DNA from: Candidatus Heimdallarchaeum endolithica
GTDB taxonomy: Archaea > Asgardarchaeota > Heimdallarchaeia > Heimdallarchaeales > Heimdallarchaeaceae
Length of the DNA stretch: 64,000 nt
Assembly: GCA_021513715.1 (NCBI GenBank)
Contig: CP084167.1
Span: forward strand, 96,001-160,000
Direction: 5' to 3'
Under the pieces are notes generated by a model. It did not search any database. It saw only the letters and a list, made by a program, of their open reading frames with translations, and was not told the DNA's origin. Each line of letters begins with the position of its first letter. The first letter of the stretch is position 1. Positions 61,601 to 64,000 of the stretch are shown here, one piece after another. A program made the translations under genes and the position numbers.

Positions 61601-64000
61601 CCATCACCATCCGGGTCTTCAGAAGAATCATCAGTTAAGGGGTCCAAACTGTTATCTACTTCCCAACCATCCGACATACCATCAGAGTCAGTGTCAGAAT
61701 CTAAAGGGTCAGTACCGTAAGTATTAACCTCTTCTTCATCAGTTAGACCATCAGAGTCAGTGTCAGAATCTAAAGGGTCAGTACCGTAAGTATTAACCTC
61801 TTCTTCATCAGTAAGACCATCAGAGTCAGTGTCAGAATCTAAAGGGTCAGTACCGTAAGTGTTAACCTCTTCTTCATCAGTAAGACCATCAGAGTCAGTG
61901 TCAGAATCTAAAGGGTCAGTACCGTAAGTATTAACCTCTTCTTCATCAGTAAGACCATCAGAGTCAGTGTCAGAATCTAAAGGGTCAGTACCGTAAGTAT
62001 TAACCTCTTCTTCATCAGTAAGACCATCAGAGTCAGTGTCAGAATCTAAAGGGTCAGTACCAGCTTGATACTCCTCTAAATTAGTTAAACCATCACTATC
62101 CGGGTCTTCAGAAGAATCATCAGTTAAGGGGTCCAAACTGTTATCTACTTCCCAACCATCAGGCATACTATCACTGTCAGTGTCAGAATCTAAAGGGTCA
62201 GTACCGTAAGTATTAACCTCTTCTTCATCAGTAAGACCATCAGAGTCAGTGTCAGAATCTAAAGGATCTGTACCAGCTTGATACTCCTCTAAATTAGTTA
62301 AACCATCACTATCCGGGTCTTCAGAAGAATCATCAGTTAAGGGATCTAAACTGTTCTCTACTTCCCAACCATCAGGCATACTATCACTGTCAGTGTCAGA
62401 ATCTAAAGGATCTGTATTGTAAGTGTTAACCTCTTGGCTGTCAGTTAATCCGTCATCATCAGTATCGTTTTTTAGGGGGTCAGTACCGTAAGTGTTAACC
62501 TCTTGGCTGTCAGTTAATCCGTCACCATCAGTATCATTAACAGGATAAAGGTCAACAGAGCTGCTAGAACCATCAATATTATAGGAACCTATTCCATTCC
62601 AATCAGACCAATAGTTACCTATTTGTATTGTATTGTTATACCATATGTTTTCTTGACCAGAATCATAAGCTTGAGAGGATACTTGAAAATTGTTATCTAT
62701 AAAAATATTAGAGTAAATAGTAGCATAATCAGAAGAAGACAAGTATATTCCATATTCCGTATTGTTCATAATTAAGTTCATTACAATAGTAGCAGAATCA
62801 GAATAACACAAATATATTCCATTACGGTTATTTGTTATAGTATTACCAGTAATATTTAGGTAGTTACAATACCGTCCATATAGACCAGTATCAGTATAAC
62901 TCAAGTTCTGGTTAGCAATGGTAAGATGAGAACAGTTAATTAGAATAAGCTGACCATAGTAATCCGATTGGTCAATAACCATATTAGAAGCATTAACAAA
63001 ATAGCCTAAAGGTTTTCCATTTACCAAGTTGTCCTCTACAGTTAAAGAGAAATAATCACTAATGTAATAACTATAAATGTGCAGCCCATTATTCATAAAG
63101 ATATTACCAGTAATAGTAGCATTAGAAGAATACAATAAGTATATTCCATCATCGTTATTTGTTATATTATTACCAGTAAGAGTAACAGAATCAGAATGAT
63201 CCAAGTATATTCCATCATTTTTATTGCTTGTTATAGAATTATTAGTTATAGTAGCAGAATCAGAATAATACAATTTTATTCCATAGTCGTTATTTGTTAT
63301 ACTATTACCAGTAATAGTAACATTAGAAGAATAATACAAATATATTCCATCATTTTTATTGCTTGTTATAGAATTATTAGTTATAGTAGCAGAATCAGAA
63401 TGATACAAGTTTATTCCATAATCTTTATTGTTTGTTATATTATTACCAGTAATAGTAGCATTAGAAGAATACAATAAGTATATTCCATCATCGTTATTGC
63501 TTGTTATAGTATTACCAGTAATATTTAGATAGCTACAATACCATCCATATAGACCAATATCAGTATAACTCAAGTTCTGGTTAGCAATGGTAAGATGAGA
63601 ACAGTTAATTAGAATAAGCTGACCATAGTAATCCGATTGGTCAATAACCATATTAGAAGCATTAACAAAATAGCCTAAAGGTTTTCCATTTACCAGGTTG
63701 TCCTCTACAGTTAAAGAGGAATAAACACTAAGTTCACTAGTACTAATGTACAGTCCATCATTAATAAAAACATTACCAGTAAGAGTAGCATTAGAAGAAG
63801 ACCCCATGATTATTCCATCCCCGTTATTGTCTATTATAATATTACCAGTAAGAGTAGCATTAGAAGAAGAATACAATTTTATTCCATAGTCGTTATTGCT
63901 TGTTATTGTATTACCAGAAATAGTAATATTAGAAGAATCAACCAAGTATATTCCCCCCCCGTAGTTATTGTCTGTTATAATATTACCAGTAATAGTAGCA
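58642..64000 (-). CDS. Giant membrane-anchored protein: NosD/PbH1 beta-helix, Ca-binding DxDxDG repeats, TM, cytoplasmic LGF repeats, coiled coil and wHTH-like tail (5' end outside window)
   Basis: Frame is open to the window edge. GIYLxxSxNxTITGN repeats, GNYWSD, several dozen DTDxDGLTD..E units, TM at [18 protein letters not shown]. Confidence 0.9.
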   Translation of the reverse strand, partial: ATITGNIITDNNYGGGIYLVDSSNITISGNTITSNNDYGIKLYSSSNATLTGNIIIDNNGDGIIMGSSSNATLTGNVFINDGLYISTSELSVYSSLTVEDNLVNGKPLGYFVNASNMVIDQSDYYGQLILINCSHLTIANQNLSYTDIGLYGWYCSYLNITGNTITSNNDDGIYLLYSSNATITGNNITNNKDYGINLYHSDSATITNNSITSNKNDGIYLYYSSNVTITGNSITNNDYGIKLYYSDSATITNNSITSNKNDGIYLDHSDSVTLTGNNITNNDDGIYLLYSSNATITGNIFMNNGLHIYSYYISDYFSLTVEDNLVNGKPLGYFVNASNMVIDQSDYYGQLILINCSHLTIANQNLSYTDTGLYGRYCNYLNITGNTITNNRNGIYLCYSDSATIVMNLIMNNTEYGIYLSSSDYATIYSNIFIDNNFQVSSQAYDSGQENIWYNNTIQIGNYWSDWNGIGSYNIDGSSSSVDLYPVNDTDGDGLTDSQEVNTYGTDPLKNDTDDDGLTDSQEVNTYNTDPLDSDTDSDSMPDGWEVENSLDPLTDDSSEDPDSDGLTNLEEYQAGTDPLDSDTDSDGLTDEEEVNTYGTDPLDSDTDSDSMPDGWEVDNSLDPLTDDSSEDPDSDGLTNLEEYQAGTDPLDSDTDSDGLTDEEEVNTYGTDPLDSDTDSDGLTDEEEVNTYGTDPLDSDTDSDGLTDEEEVNTYGTDPLDSDTDSDGLTDEEEVNTYGTDPLDSDTDSDGLTDEEEVNTYGTDPLDSDTDSDGMSDGWEVDNSLDPLTDDSSEDPDGDGLINLEEYQAVTDPNNSDTDSDGLTDGDEINTYSTDPLKPDTDGDGIDDEEEVNTYGTDPLDSDTDSDGMPDGWEVNYGLNATVNDADDDLDIDELTNLEEYQAGTDPLDSDTDSDGMPDGWEVENSLDPLTDDNVEDPDGDGLNNLEEYQAGTDPLDSDTDSDGLTDGEEVNTYDTDPLDSDTDSDGLTDGEEVNSYSTDPLDSDSDNDGLTDDWEVNNSLDPLTDDVSLDPDSDELTNLQEYNSGTDPQNDDSDSDGIPDGWEVNNYLDPLTDDSSSDADEDELTNLQEYNSNTDPNDADTDNDGLTDGEEVNTYYTDPNNSDSDSDGMPDGWEVNNSLDPLTDDASLDPDTDGLTNLEEYQAADTDPNDSDTDSDGLNDGDEVNIYSTDPNNSDSDSDGMPDGWEVNNSLDPSIDDASLDSDTDGLTNLQEYNSNTDPNDSDTDNDGLTDGDEINLYSTDPLDNDSDSDGMPDGWEVNNSLDPLTDDASLDPDTDELTNLQEYNSKTDPNDSDTDNDGLTDGDEIKQYKTDPNDSDTDNDGLTDGDEIKQYKTDPNDSDTDNDGLTDGDEIKQYKTDPNDSDTDNDGFTDYEEVEEGFNPLDSRSNEHIKQIITLTKKILIMVSVTLTFIIFILIIRRSLSNRKKNKLGFQSIKEMKNLIKQGFSSKQDYTQFLNSGAQSVNEWSELKRVGFLTLDEQRKAKSLGFNTFEEQKKANELGFTTKDEMKQAISLGFADKKEWEKAKELGFETKNQWLKAESLGFSSKIEWEQAISLGFKDAKTKSFIEKLGFQDFSSFKQSITNNITKIKAIIEELKEKLISLENVNEYEISEIDKATNLLNQIQNKLENAKSNIEKIPIDLYQEIGINNTQDIIQEINELLKETERIKISLNDKYNRLMKFAKIINSYTRISLEKLASFLSFTDTTKLEEWLIGLNSKHILIDKDDVIIQRDQLLNKDNSDVEQAISELLRQFEEFEKEGKGKI
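59830..60078. repeat. 69-bp perfect coding tandem repeat ([23 protein letters not shown]), ~3.5 copies
   Basis: Identical units at 69-bp period. Confidence 0.9.
61680..62061. repeat. 69-bp near-perfect coding tandem repeat ([23 protein letters not shown]), ~5.5 copies
   Basis: Near-identical units in frame. Confidence 0.9.

Noticed and set aside
59830-62520. Regular repeats resembling a CRISPR array
   Set aside because: These are in-frame 69-bp coding repeats without unique spacers, and no cas genes are present.
1266-63477. Numerous 60-100 aa antisense or overlapping ORFs in the track (e.g. 6440, 9878, 14948, 35951, 44686, 59093)
   Set aside because: Shadow frames of longer genes with Ser/Phe/Leu-rich composition.
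63953-63960. C8/G8 tract as a phase-variation switch
   Set aside because: Short, in frame (Gly codons), and no read-level evidence.

Overview
AT-rich (roughly 28% GC by eye) archaeal chromosome segment. RadA/RadB/XPD/Hel308/Hef homologues, a TM-longin fusion and an LRR protein suggest an Asgard (Heimdallarchaeia-like) host; this is inference. The main signal is a ~27-kb, mostly minus-strand cluster (5512-32305). It combines recombination/repair genes (divergent RadA, RadB-like, Hel308-like with SWIM finger, apparently dead Hef-like, PD-(D/E)XK nuclease) with a degenerate HerA/VirB4-like protein, paralogous membrane proteins, a 2121-aa Ig-like surface protein, two paralogous TFB-like proteins and a sigma70-region-4-like HTH protein. 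Eleven promoters in the cluster, plus one on a distant pseudogene copy, share a pyrimidine element TTTCYY-N2-3-TTTATAAA where a purine-rich BRE is expected. A ~65-nt hairpin at 29978-30043 carries a 14-mer, mostly in its loop, that is antisense to the 5' leader of one TFB-like gene. Together these suggest an undescribed, co-regulated DNA-exchange/DNA-damage regulon. The rest is accessory: a type II R-M pair, GH38 mannosidase, two TA modules, a RuvC-rearranged TnpB pseudogene with inverted-repeat ends and a CATG duplication, IS5 and IS6 remnants (one with an internal inversion), several internally deleted pseudogenes, and a giant beta-helix/Ca-repeat surface protein running off the right edge. 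No CRISPR array, rRNA or tRNA was seen.
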